Below, piece by piece: positions 1-9,362 of a DNA stretch of 64,000 nt. A program made the translations under genes and the position numbers. Positions within the stretch are counted from its first letter, which is position 1; each line of letters begins with the position of its first letter. The stretch comes from Acidobacteriota bacterium (GTDB lineage Bacteria; Acidobacteriota; UBA890; WLXD01), in NCBI GenBank assembly GCA_965205505.1, contig CBDBHB010000007.1, forward strand, positions 416,001 to 480,000. Direction: 5' to 3'. The notes below the pieces were generated by a model, which saw only the letters and a program-made list of their open reading frames with translations, ran no database searches and was not told the DNA's origin.

Positions 1-170
1 GATGATCGATGCAGCGGGCTGACACGGTTGGCGGGTGGTCTCGACGACGGAATTCGCGACCGTTTTGTTAACTATTTGTTAACTTTCGCCGTCGAAACGG
101 CGGAAATGGACCGAGACGAAATGCCCCGTCCCCATCGGTATCTTCTTATTTTGAAAGAGGTTAAACCGAA

Positions 171-226
171 GTACCCAAGGAGGGACTTGAACCCTCACGG
201 GCTTGCACCCACTAGGTCCTGAACCT
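171..226 (-). tRNA. 3' half of tRNA-Leu(CAG), att-site remnant (not a full tRNA)
   Basis: Reverse complement AGGTTCAGGACCTAGTGGGTGCAAGCCCGTGAGGGTTCAAGTCCCTCCTTGGGTA: anticodon loop TTCAGGA, long variable arm, T-arm GGTTCAAGTCC; D-arm and 5' acceptor strand absent. Confidence 0.75.
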
Positions 227-282
227 GAGTTCATGCTCTGCGGCGGCTTGACAAACCTGGGAAGCAGCACGATAGGCTGCTA

Positions 283-1473
283 GTGAACTCCACCCGAAGC
301 TGCCGATCTCCCCGGAGTCCACCCGTGCCGAAGAGCCTACCAACAGTCACGCCACGGATCGTGTTGCCAGCCCTCGGGGTGTTGATCGGTGTCCTCGGAC
401 CCGCCTTCCTGCTCTCCGATCCGGGGACGATCGCCGGCCTCCGTGAAACGTTTCTGACCCGGCAGCCGGAACCCATCGTGGCAACGTTGCGGTCGAGTGC
501 AAGCGCCGGCTGTGGCAAGGCACCGCCGACGCAACCCGGCGCCACAGAGACGCTGACGTTGACCTACGATGGCCTCGAACGCACGTACAACGTGCATCTG
601 CCGCCGAGCTACAAGCCTAGCAAGCGCCACAGCCTCGTGCTGGCCTTTCACGGCTACAGCAGCAGCGCCAGGGTTGCAGAGCACGGAACCGGTATGAGCC
701 TGCATGCCGATGCCAAGGGGTACATCGCCGTGTACCCGGAATCGACGCGCTTCCGTGTCGGTGGATCTCGGCGGATCTCGTCGTGGAACGACGGCGCATG
801 CGCCAGTTCCCCGGGTCCCGAGGGACCGACCTGTACCGCTGACTCGTTCCAATATCCGTTTCCCGATGAATGCGGTCCGGCTCGATGTAACTGGTGCAAT
901 TGTGTCGACGATGTCGGTTTCGTCGCTGCCATGCTCGACGAAATCGAGAATGCCTACTGCATCAATACGCGTCGGATCTACGCGACCGGCTTGAGCAACG
1001 GCGGCATGTTCGTACAACGGATGGCATGCGACCTAGCGGACCGCTTCGCTGCCGTATCCCCGTCGCACGGACAGCTACACGTCGGGTTCAACTGTGCGCC
1101 GTCCGAGCCCATGTCGATGATGAGCGTGTGGGGCAAGCGCGACCGGATCGTACCCGGCGCTGGTGAGGTCAGCTCCGACGGATATCTGTACACGCCGGTG
1201 GCCGAGGTGACGGAGATCTTCGCCGGTCCTGAGTCACAGAGATGCGATGTGACCGACACAGCCTACAGAAGCCCGGCCGATGGCGTTCGGGGGTGGGCCT
1301 GTACACAGCGCGCCAACTGCGCCCGCAGGCGTCAGGTGGTGGCGTGTTCCTGGAACGGTGGCCATCGCTGGCCGGTATACGACGCCGGTGTGTACTTCGG
1401 GCTCGATACCGTCTGGCGTTTCTTCAAGAAGAACCGCAAACCGCCGGAAAAGCTCCCCGCCGCTCGCCGGTAG
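283..1473 (+). CDS. Secreted PHB-depolymerase/LpqC-like alpha/beta-hydrolase (esterase)
   Basis: LVLAFHG, AVYPE, DDVGFV, RIYATGLSNGG nucleophile elbow, GGHRWP; N-terminal hydrophobic segment; start uncertain. Confidence 0.85.
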   Translation: MNSTRSCRSPRSPPVPKSLPTVTPRIVLPALGVLIGVLGPAFLLSDPGTIAGLRETFLTRQPEPIVATLRSSASAGCGKAPPTQPGATETLTLTYDGLERTYNVHLPPSYKPSKRHSLVLAFHGYSSSARVAEHGTGMSLHADAKGYIAVYPESTRFRVGGSRRISSWNDGACASSPGPEGPTCTADSFQYPFPDECGPARCNWCNCVDDVGFVAAMLDEIENAYCINTRRIYATGLSNGGMFVQRMACDLADRFAAVSPSHGQLHVGFNCAPSEPMSMMSVWGKRDRIVPGAGEVSSDGYLYTPVAEVTEIFAGPESQRCDVTDTAYRSPADGVRGWACTQRANCARRRQVVACSWNGGHRWPVYDAGVYFGLDTVWRFFKKNRKPPEKLPAARR

Positions 1474-1800
1474 CATCTCCACTCGAGCATCTGTTGCCAG
1501 TTGTACTGCCCAACGCGGTGCCGCTGTTTCGAAGGTCGAGTGTCCGGGCACTCGCTGCGGGTCGGCTCGGCACAGTCACTCGCCGCCGCTGGTGCTGGCC
1601 TGGTCGAAATGCAGGCTGGCCGGGTGGCTCTCGCCGACCATGCCGGCTCGCTACGCACGCGGCGAGCTTGCCGCTCGAGGTGCAGTGGCTAGGCTGCGCT
1701 ACGGAGCCTAGTAGACGGGCTCTCGACAGGTACTTTGGCCTACGCCGCCGGATGCCGTGCGGTCATCGTCAAGTGACGTCGGAAGCTCGCTGAGCTGAGC

Positions 1801-2620
1801 CAGAGGTGGACCCCGAAATTCGGACAGCTTGCTAAGGTGGAATCCAGACCAAGGAGAAGGAGTCTGGAATGCCACGGAAGAGACGAAGCTACACGGTCTC
1901 TCGCAAGCGGGTGCGCCGCCTGATGCGGCTGCTGCGGTTGCAAGCTATCTTCCAGCGGCCCTGGACGTCTCAGCCGCACCCGGAGCACAGGATCTATCCC
2001 TACCTGCTGGGCGATCTGCAGATCACGCGACCGAACCACGTTTGGTGTGCGGATGTGACCTACATCCCGCTGCAGCGAGGTTTTCTGTACCTGGTTGCGG
2101 TGATGGACTGGGCGAGACGCAAGGTGCTGTCCTGGCGCCTGTCCAACACGCTCGATGCGAGCTTCTGCGTCGAGGCCTTGCAAGAGGCTCTCGAGCGCTA
2201 CGGTGCGCCCGAGATCTTCAACACTGATCAGGGTAGCCAATTCACCAGCGTCGATTTCACCGACGCGCTCAAGGAGGCCGGCATTCGGATCTCCATGGAC
2301 GGCAAGGGCCGCTGGATGGACAACGTCTTCATCGAGCGGCTATGGCGATCACTGGAATACGAGCAAGTCTATCTGTCAGAGTACGCGACTGGCTCCGAGG
2401 CTCGGGCCGGGATCGGCTGCTGGATGGACTTCTACAACGAGCGCCGACCGCACTCGTCGCTCGACGACCGGACGCCCGAGGAGGCGTACACTGACGACGG
2501 GGCTGAAAGGAGCCTGGGGCTACGCCCCGTCTCCTGTCAGCCCAAGGCAGCCTGAATCATGAACCCGGATTCCACCTTAGCTGTGACCCAAACCTGTCCA
2601 AAGGATGGGGTCCACCTCTG
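1801..2620 (+). mobile_element. IS3-family element with internal deletion (orfA start fused in frame to orfB core)
   Basis: IRs CAGAGGTGGACCCC...GGGGTCCACCTCTG; ORF 1869-2555 MPRKRRSY|TVSRKRV with DDE motifs WCADVTY, DQGSQF, IERLWRS; full-length sister copy at 20753-22055. Confidence 0.9.
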
Positions 2621-2667
2621 ACTGCCGCTTTTGAGCCAGGTTGCCGACCCCAACGACTAAGGCAGCT

Positions 2668-4480
2668 CACTGTGCAGACAGGAACTCCTGGACCGTACGC
2701 GACGCCTGTTCCTGCCTGCCCTCTCTGCCAACGTGGGGTGAGACGATGGAAGTTGGATAATTACTGACCCACGGGGCGGCTCGGAGTGGCACAGATGTTG
2801 GAGTTGGAGAATAACGGAACAGGTAAGCAGGTCGTTGGATCTGCGGCGGAGGGACGCGTAGGCGACCGGAGACGCAGATCCAACGATCGCGCCTCGAAGA
2901 TACCGGATCCGGAACTGGTGGAACGCCCGCGTCGGCGCAAGTTCAGCGCCGAGTACAAGCTTCGCGTTGTGGGCGAAGCGGATCGATGCACCAAGGCCGG
3001 CGAGGTCGGCTCGCTGTTGCGCCGCGAAGGGCTGTACTCGTCGCATCTGTCGGAGTGGCGCAAGCAACGTGACGCCGGGGCGCTGGTGGCGCTCACCAAG
3101 AAGCGAGGTCGACCGGCGACGGATCCCCGAGACGCGAAGATCGCCAACCTGCGCGGCCGCCTCGAGCGCACCGAGGCGGAACTCGAGAAAGCACGGCGGG
3201 TGATCCAAGTGTAGGGAAACGTCTCCGCGCTTCTGGGGGATCTGCTCGATCCCAGGGGCGCGAACGGGAGTACCAAGAAATGATCGAGCAGACCGTCCAG
3301 GAGCTCACGCCCATCATCGGGACGCGCCCAGCATGCCGGTCTCTGGGAGTGTCGCCAGCAACGATGTATCGACGACGTCGGCCACCCGTGCCAACAGTGA
3401 GCCGTCCTGGAGCGAAGCCTGCCAGGGCACTCTCGGACACGGAGCGCGAGCAGGTGCTGGCCGAGCTGCACAGCGAGCGGTTCCAGGACTGTGCGCCAGC
3501 CCAGGTATGGGCGACGCTGTTGGACGAGGGCCGCTACCTGGCCTCGGAGCGCACGATGTACAGAATCCTCGCCGCCGAGGGCGAGGGACGGGAGCGACGC
3601 AACCAGCTCGTTCATCCACCTTACTACAAGCCCGAGTTGCTGGCTGAACAACCCAACGACTTGTGGAGCTGGGACATCTCGAAACTGCTGGGGCCCAGCA
3701 AGTGGACCTACTTGTACCTGTACGTAGTGCTGGACGTGTTCAGCCGCTACGTAGTCGGGTGGAGCGTGCAACACCGCGAGAGCGGTCCTCTCGCCGAGCA
3801 GCTCATCGGCCAGGCCATCGAGTAACAGCGGATCACGCCTGGCCAACTCACCCTGCATGCTGACCGCGGCAGCTCGATGAGGTCCAAGCCCGTTGCCTTC
3901 CTGCTCGCTGATCTGGGCGTCACCAAGACGCACTCAAGGCCGTATACGTCATCGGATAATCCGTACTCGGAGGCTCACTTCAGGACGCTCAAGTACCGGC
4001 CGGAGTTCCCGGCGCGGTTCGACTCCATCCAGCAGGCTCGCAGCTTCTGCCGCGCCTTCTTCCATTGGTATAACCACTGCCACCGTCACTCCGGCATCGG
4101 CCTGGTGACTCCAGCGACCATGCACCACGGCCTCGCCCAGGCGGTCCAGCACAAGCGCGCCGAAGTTCTTCTGGCGGCCTTCCGCGCGCGGCCCGAGCGC
4201 TTCGTCAGCAGCGTGCCTCAACCACCGCCGGTGCCCACCGTGGCCTGGATCAACAAACCCGCCAGCATGGAGAATGCTCACTAATTTACGAAACCCACCG
4301 TCTCATCCGCGTTGACAGGCACCGCTGTCGGGCGGGTAGCCGTGCCTGCGCAGGATCCGCTTAACCAGTATGCGGAGGTTGCGCGCGTACGTTCTCCCGC
4401 AGCGTCCAGTCGATCGTGACGTCGCCGCGCACGGTCTGCACCAGCTTGCGGGCAATACTGCGCAGAATCTCGTCAGTCAC
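2668..4480 (-). pseudogene. hsdR: C-terminal remnant of type I restriction subunit HsdR (DUF3387 region), split by an IS
   Basis: Minus strand 4480-4325 reads [49 protein letters not shown] and continues RQEQASRTVQE beyond the IS at 2718. Confidence 0.75.
2719..4324 (+). mobile_element. IS3-family element, inactivated by nonsense codons, 3-bp target duplication CTG
   Basis: orfA 2786-3214 (RRKFSAEYKLRVV), orfB 3280-4284 (WSWDISK, HADRGS, DNPYSEA) with in-frame TAA at 3823; imperfect IRs containing TGCCAAC/GTTGACA; CTG at 2716-2718 and 4325-4327. Confidence 0.85.
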
Positions 4481-5123
4481 CTCGCTGTGTTGAGCCAACT
4501 ATGACCTCGAGCCTTCTCGCAATCCTGCGATCGGAACGACCCCGATGCTCGCGGCGGCTCTTGCGGTCGAGTGAGGGGCAACAGCGCAACGGATTTTCGC
4601 AGATTGCGCTTCCATTAACCGAGCCCTCAGGCGAAGGACTGGGGCCCCACCCTTTGCTTTCGGCTCTGCTGTCGGTTTCTCTAGCTGCTGCTGTCTCGCT
4701 GCTGTGTCTTCTGCTTAGGCCTTTTCATTAGTCTTCCGTTTCCTACCGCGGTCTCGGCGGCAGTAGCGCTAGGCCGCGCTGGCGCGACCCTTCTATCCTA
4801 ATTCGGCCGAAGCCCCCAATGCCTCTGGAAAGCTCCCTGTGGCTACCTGTAACGCGATCCGAAACACGGTAGGGGGGAATTTCTGTCGAATACAGATCGG
4901 TCCTTTAGGATCGATCCTGCAGACAGCAAGAGTTCGCACATTCCGTACAATATTCGCCACGATTGCGCCGAGCGAGAGCGAACGGTACCTTTCCCCCGGG
5001 GCCGGGGAACAGCGGGAGGGACGCGAAGAGCCCGCCCGCGTGGGAACAATGCCCGGCCATCCTACCGGTCACTCTATAGAATACGCCCCTCCACTCTGAG
5101 GACCAACTGAGGAACTCGCGCCG

Positions 5124-5495
5124 ATGAAGATCGCTTACGTTTTCGCCACATCAGGCCACACAGCCAGCTACAAGCTCGGGCAGATGATCCTTCCGCAGCT
5201 GGAGCAGGATGCCCACGGCGTCGATGTCGTGGGGATGATGTTCTTCGACGACAACACGTATCTGCTGCGGCAGGGCGATCCAATGGGAGAGCGTCTCTCG
5301 CGGGTCGCGCGGGAGAATGGGATTCTGCTTATGATGTGCGACACCTGCGCTGTCGAGCGCGGACTGGCTGCAGGCGAGACTTGGCCCGGCACGTGCGAGC
5401 CTCTGGGAACGGTCGAGGGAGTCCGTGTCGGTTGCTTTCCCGACCTGTACGAATGCCTGGCCGGCAACCCTCCTGACCAGGTGATCACGCTGTAA
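5124..5495 (+). CDS. SaoD/DsrE-family protein
   Basis: MKIAYVF..YKLGQMILPQLE..HGVDVVGMMFFDDN, CxxC (CDTC), GCFPDLY; GAGGA RBS. Confidence 0.75.
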   Translation: MKIAYVFATSGHTASYKLGQMILPQLEQDAHGVDVVGMMFFDDNTYLLRQGDPMGERLSRVARENGILLMMCDTCAVERGLAAGETWPGTCEPLGTVEGVRVGCFPDLYECLAGNPPDQVITL

Positions 5496-5944
5496 CCGGT
5501 CGCGGAATGCCCTTCGAGGGCCAGCCCGGGACCATCGCGGGCGCTTCCTCTATCGGAGCCGGCCTCCGCACTCGCGGGACGCTCCCTAGAAAGCGCTGCG
5601 GCTGCCCGGTCCACGGCGCGCTCGCGAAGACACCGAAAGCCCTCGCCTCGTGCTTGCTGTGCAACTCGAACGGATCCGTGACGCTACGGTAGGCCTCGAC
5701 CGCGCCCGTCCCGAACTCGATGTGCTTCCAGGCTCAGGCGTCGTCGTCGGTGAAGCCCGGAGTCCCGAAAGTCTCCTGGGTGAGCAGGGCCACAAGGCCC
5801 ATGCCGCCCCACCGCTGGACGGCTTGACCGTTACGCAAGGCCGTGTAATCGACCTGGTGCAAATCCTGGCCACTGCCGGAGCAGGAGGGCCGGAGGGGCG
5901 AGTCGAGCATTAGCCTCCTGGTTCGTAGTTTGCACCGAGGAACG

Positions 5945-6379
5945 TCACCAGTCGCGCCGCCCACACCCGGAACACGAGAGAGTCGCGTGCCGCCCGGCCA
6001 CGTAGTTCGTGACCTCTAGGGTGTAGTAGCTTGCCCCTGTCGAGTTGTTCGTGGGAATCCGGATATCGAAAGTAGCTTGGCCTCTGTCGGGGACTGGACC
6101 GTAGCTATCAGCATCCTCAGCAAGCAGCACGCCTGCTGCGCTGTAGACTTTCGCCCGAACTTTCGAAAGAGGGTTAATCGTCCTTCTCGACGTGTTCTGC
6201 ACCGTCCCACCGATGAAGTCGAGCACGAAGCTCGACACCCTGGTGATGTCGAACACCGTGACCTCGGTGCCATCGGTGCTGGGGGCGGTGCTCGGGGTGG
6301 AGCGGCAGGAGACGCAGTACAGGATGGCTGCGGTGACACTTACGCGGATCGCCGACCGCCTAATCAGCAGTTGCCGGGC
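5945..6379 (-). pseudogene. FxLYD-domain-like exported protein, 5'-truncated by IS
   Basis: IGGTVQNTS..VRAKVYSAAGVLL..GQATFDI pattern; Pro/Thr-rich linker; upstream part replaced by IS end at 6380. Confidence 0.5.
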
Positions 6380-7640
6380 TGACCTGACCCCGCGGTTAGT
6401 ACCACGTCGTATCTCAGTAACACGGTGCCGACAAGGGGTTGTTGAAGCCGGCGGAGCGTAGCGGAGCCGGGTTCAACAACAGCGCCTTAGGGGCCGGTGG
6501 TCGATAGCCCAGCGAGCTGTGCGGTCGAACTCGGTTGTACTGCTGCCGCCACCTCTCGATCAGAACCCGTGCCTGCTTGAGCGTGTAGAAGATCTCCCGG
6601 TCCAGCAGTTCGTCGCGGAGCTTGCCGTTGAAGCTCTCCACGTAACCGTTGTCCCACGGCGAGCCCGGCTCGATCAACAGCGTGCCCACGCCGAGTCGGC
6701 GCAGCCAGTCGCGAACGGCCGCGGCAGTGAACTCAGGTCCGTTATCCGACCTGATGTGATCGGGTATTGCCCCGGTGCACGAACAGCCACCCGAGCCGCT
6801 CGAGCACTTGCTCGGAGTTGAGCTTGCGCGCCACGTCGATCGCCAGGCTCTCGCGGGTGTACTCGTCCACGATCGTCAACATCCTCATGGACCGGCCATC
6901 GTGCGTCCGGTCATGGATGAAGTCATACGCCCACACGTGGTTCTTGCGCTCCGGTCGCAGCCGGATACACGAGCCATCGTTGAACCAGAGCCGGGCTCGT
7001 TTGGGCTGCCTCTTCGGCGCTTTCAGGCCTTCGCTACGCCAGATCCGCTGCACTCGTTTGTGGTTCACGAGCCCGCCCTCCATGCGCATCAACGCCGTCA
7101 CCCTCCGGTACCCATAACGTCCATACTCCCGAGCTAACTCCACGATCCTGTCCCTCACCAGTTGCTCGTCGTCCGCCGGCCTCGGCACCTATCGCGGTGT
7201 CCTCCTGGGCTGCCTGAGCACCCGGCAGGATCGTCTTTCGGTTACGCCCAGCTGCCGTCGTACGTGAGCTACCGCCTCGCGCCGACGTGCTGGGCTCAGA
7301 AGTTTCCCTCCGCGTCCTCCTGGAGGATCGCCAGGTCGAGCTCCTTGTCCGCCACCAGCTTCTTGAGCCGGGAGTTGTCCTTCTCGAGCTGTTTGAGCTT
7401 CCGCGCCTGGTTCAGCTTCAGCCCGCCGTACTCGCGCCGCCACCGGTAGTAGGTGTGCTCGGTGATCGCTAGCTTGCGACAGGCATCCTTGACCGTCGCG
7501 CCTCGCGCCAGCTCCACTTAACCCTCCCGGAGCTTGCGCACGATCTGCTCGGCGCTGTGCCTCTTGACCGGCATTCTGACCTCCCTTTCTGGTCCCAGAT
7601 CGTGTGATTACATCTGGACCCGTTTTCGGGGGTCAGGTCA
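6380..7640 (-). mobile_element. IS3-family (IS407-like) element, degenerate
   Basis: TGACCTGACCCC / GGGGTCAGGTCA IRs; orfA from 7574 with internal TAA; orfB frameshifted ([26 protein letters not shown]). Confidence 0.9.
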
Positions 7641-8011
7641 GAGGACGCGAGTGCTGATCTCACCCAACGGATCGGGGTCTATGTGGTGGCTGTGGCACTG
7701 CCCGTCTTTTCCGACAGTCTGGACGTCATCCCAGTCGTCGGTGCATGGGTCAATTCAGTGCTTGACGGTGTTGCGACCGCCCTGCAGGGCATGGCCGTCG
7801 CGTACGTACTGATGCAGGCCAAGGCCGTCCACGGTCGCCTCCGGGGCCTCCTGCGAGCACGCACCGCGCAGTCTGCGCATAGCTGCGCATACCTGAGTAT
7901 TATTGTCCACAGGGGGGGCATCGAAAGTCAGGGCCGCCTCGCGCCCGGTACATTTGTAAACAAACGAATCTGCGCGAAATTTCCCACACGATTCCCACAG
8001 CGATCCGACAC

Positions 8012-8320
8012 GTGCCGATCGAGCCAGAAAGCCTCCGCCGCGCGCGCTGGAACCAGCGGTATCGCCGGTGGCGCGCCGGGATCCTCCGGAGCGAGCCGCT
8101 GTGCCGTCCCTGCGCCGAAGCGGGCATCACGGTCGCCGCCGAGCACATCGACCACATCGAGCCTGTGCACCTGGCGCCGGAGCGCTTCTGGGACCGCACC
8201 AACATCCAGCCATTGTGCCGAGACTGCCACGAGCGCAAGCACCGCGCGGCAAGGGTCGCGCATTTGCCCAATTTAAAATGTCCCTTAGCCCAAATAATTA
8301 CCATTCCACAACTCGTGTGA
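8012..8320 (+). CDS. Phage packaging-type HNH endonuclease (HK97 gp74-like)
   Basis: EPLCRPC..AEHIDHIEP..FWDRTNIQPLCRDCHERKH. Confidence 0.8.
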   Translation: MPIEPESLRRARWNQRYRRWRAGILRSEPLCRPCAEAGITVAAEHIDHIEPVHLAPERFWDRTNIQPLCRDCHERKHRAARVAHLPNLKCPLAQIITIPQLV

Positions 8321-8381
8321 GACACGCTTATCCTAGTAGGCGATTAAATAGGCAACTATTCCTGTTCGCAGATTGGGGACC

Positions 8382-8790
8382 ATGCAGCCCCTTCCGCCGC
8401 TTGAATGTCTGCGCTTCTTCGAAGCCGCGGCCCGCCGCGAGAGCTTCGCCAAGGCGGCTGAGGAGCTCCACGTCACATCCTCGGCCGTTGCGCACCGCAT
8501 CAAGGACGGAAGGCCCGGCGGCCCGGTCGACCTGCATGACTGGCCCCTGCTGTATGATCTCGGACATGACTGGCCCCTGCTGTATGATCTCGGATGGGAC
8601 GCTGACTGGCCGTACTGGTTCGCGCGCCAGGGCCAGCCGTCGCCGGACCTCTCGCGGGCGTCGGGCTTCCGCCTCTACAGCATGGTGGTCGACGCCGCAT
8701 TGGAGGGCATGGGGACGGCTATCGGACGCTCGGCGGTGATCGCGCGGGAGATGGAACGGGGCGCGCACCAGCGCCCTGGAGTAGACGTAA
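8382..8790 (+). pseudogene. LysR (GcvA-like) regulator with large internal deletion and a 30-bp tandem duplication
   Basis: LPPLECLRFFEAAARRESFAKAAEELHVTSSAVAHRIK joined directly to the C-terminal substrate-domain part; CATGACTGGCCCCTGCTGTATGATCTCGGA x2 at 8535-8594. Confidence 0.8.
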
Positions 8791-9200
8791 TGAGTCGCCA
8801 CCTTGTGTGCAGCGCCCTCGTGGTCGCCACACTCACCCTCGCGGTGTGCAGTTCGGCCTGTGTTCAGACACAGAATGAACACAGGCCAGCCGCACAAGCC
8901 CTCGCAGACCTCCGCGCCAGCGCCGAGGCGGGCGACGCCGAGGCGGTCGCTTGGTACCGCCGCGCCGCCGAGCAGGGCCACACGCGCGCGCAGTACAACC
9001 TCGGGGGCATGTACGGCCAGGGCCTCGGCGTGCCACCGGATGCCGTCGAGGCCCACATGTGGTTGACCATCGCCGCCTCTCGGTCAACCGGCGCGGAGCG
9101 TGAGCTAATCGTGACGGCGTCGCGCCGCCGTCGCCGTGCGGATGACGCCGACAGACTTGCGCGAGGCGGAACGCCGCGCGCAGGCGTGGCACGCGGCGCA
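8790..9200 (+). pseudogene. Sel1-repeat exported protein, deleted/frameshifted
   Basis: Signal-peptide-like start MSRHLVC; AVAWYRRAAEQGHTRAQYNLGGMYGQGLGV..EAHMW; C-terminal MTPTDLREAERRAQAW is in another frame. Confidence 0.75.
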
Positions 9201-9362
9201 CCAGGGCATGAGGAACCGTACCGCGCCGCCGAGCGACACGGGACGCGAGAGCTTGATTATCGCTCTCGCTTCTGAAATGGGCGGGGGACGACGTTCTTCG
9301 GCCAGCCGCACAGCTGCGGAGGCACGAAGTAGGGCAGCCTGCCTACAGGGAGAATTGTTGCG

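Noticed and set aside
171-226. Functional tRNA genes here and at 35765-35808
   Set aside because: Both lack the 5' half
5600-5880. In-frame TGA on the minus strand near the SaoD gene as selenocysteine
   Set aside because: No redox motif or recognisable SECIS; more likely a decayed fragment
8373-9275. LysR-Sel1 fusion protein
   Set aside because: Deletion product of two separate broken genes
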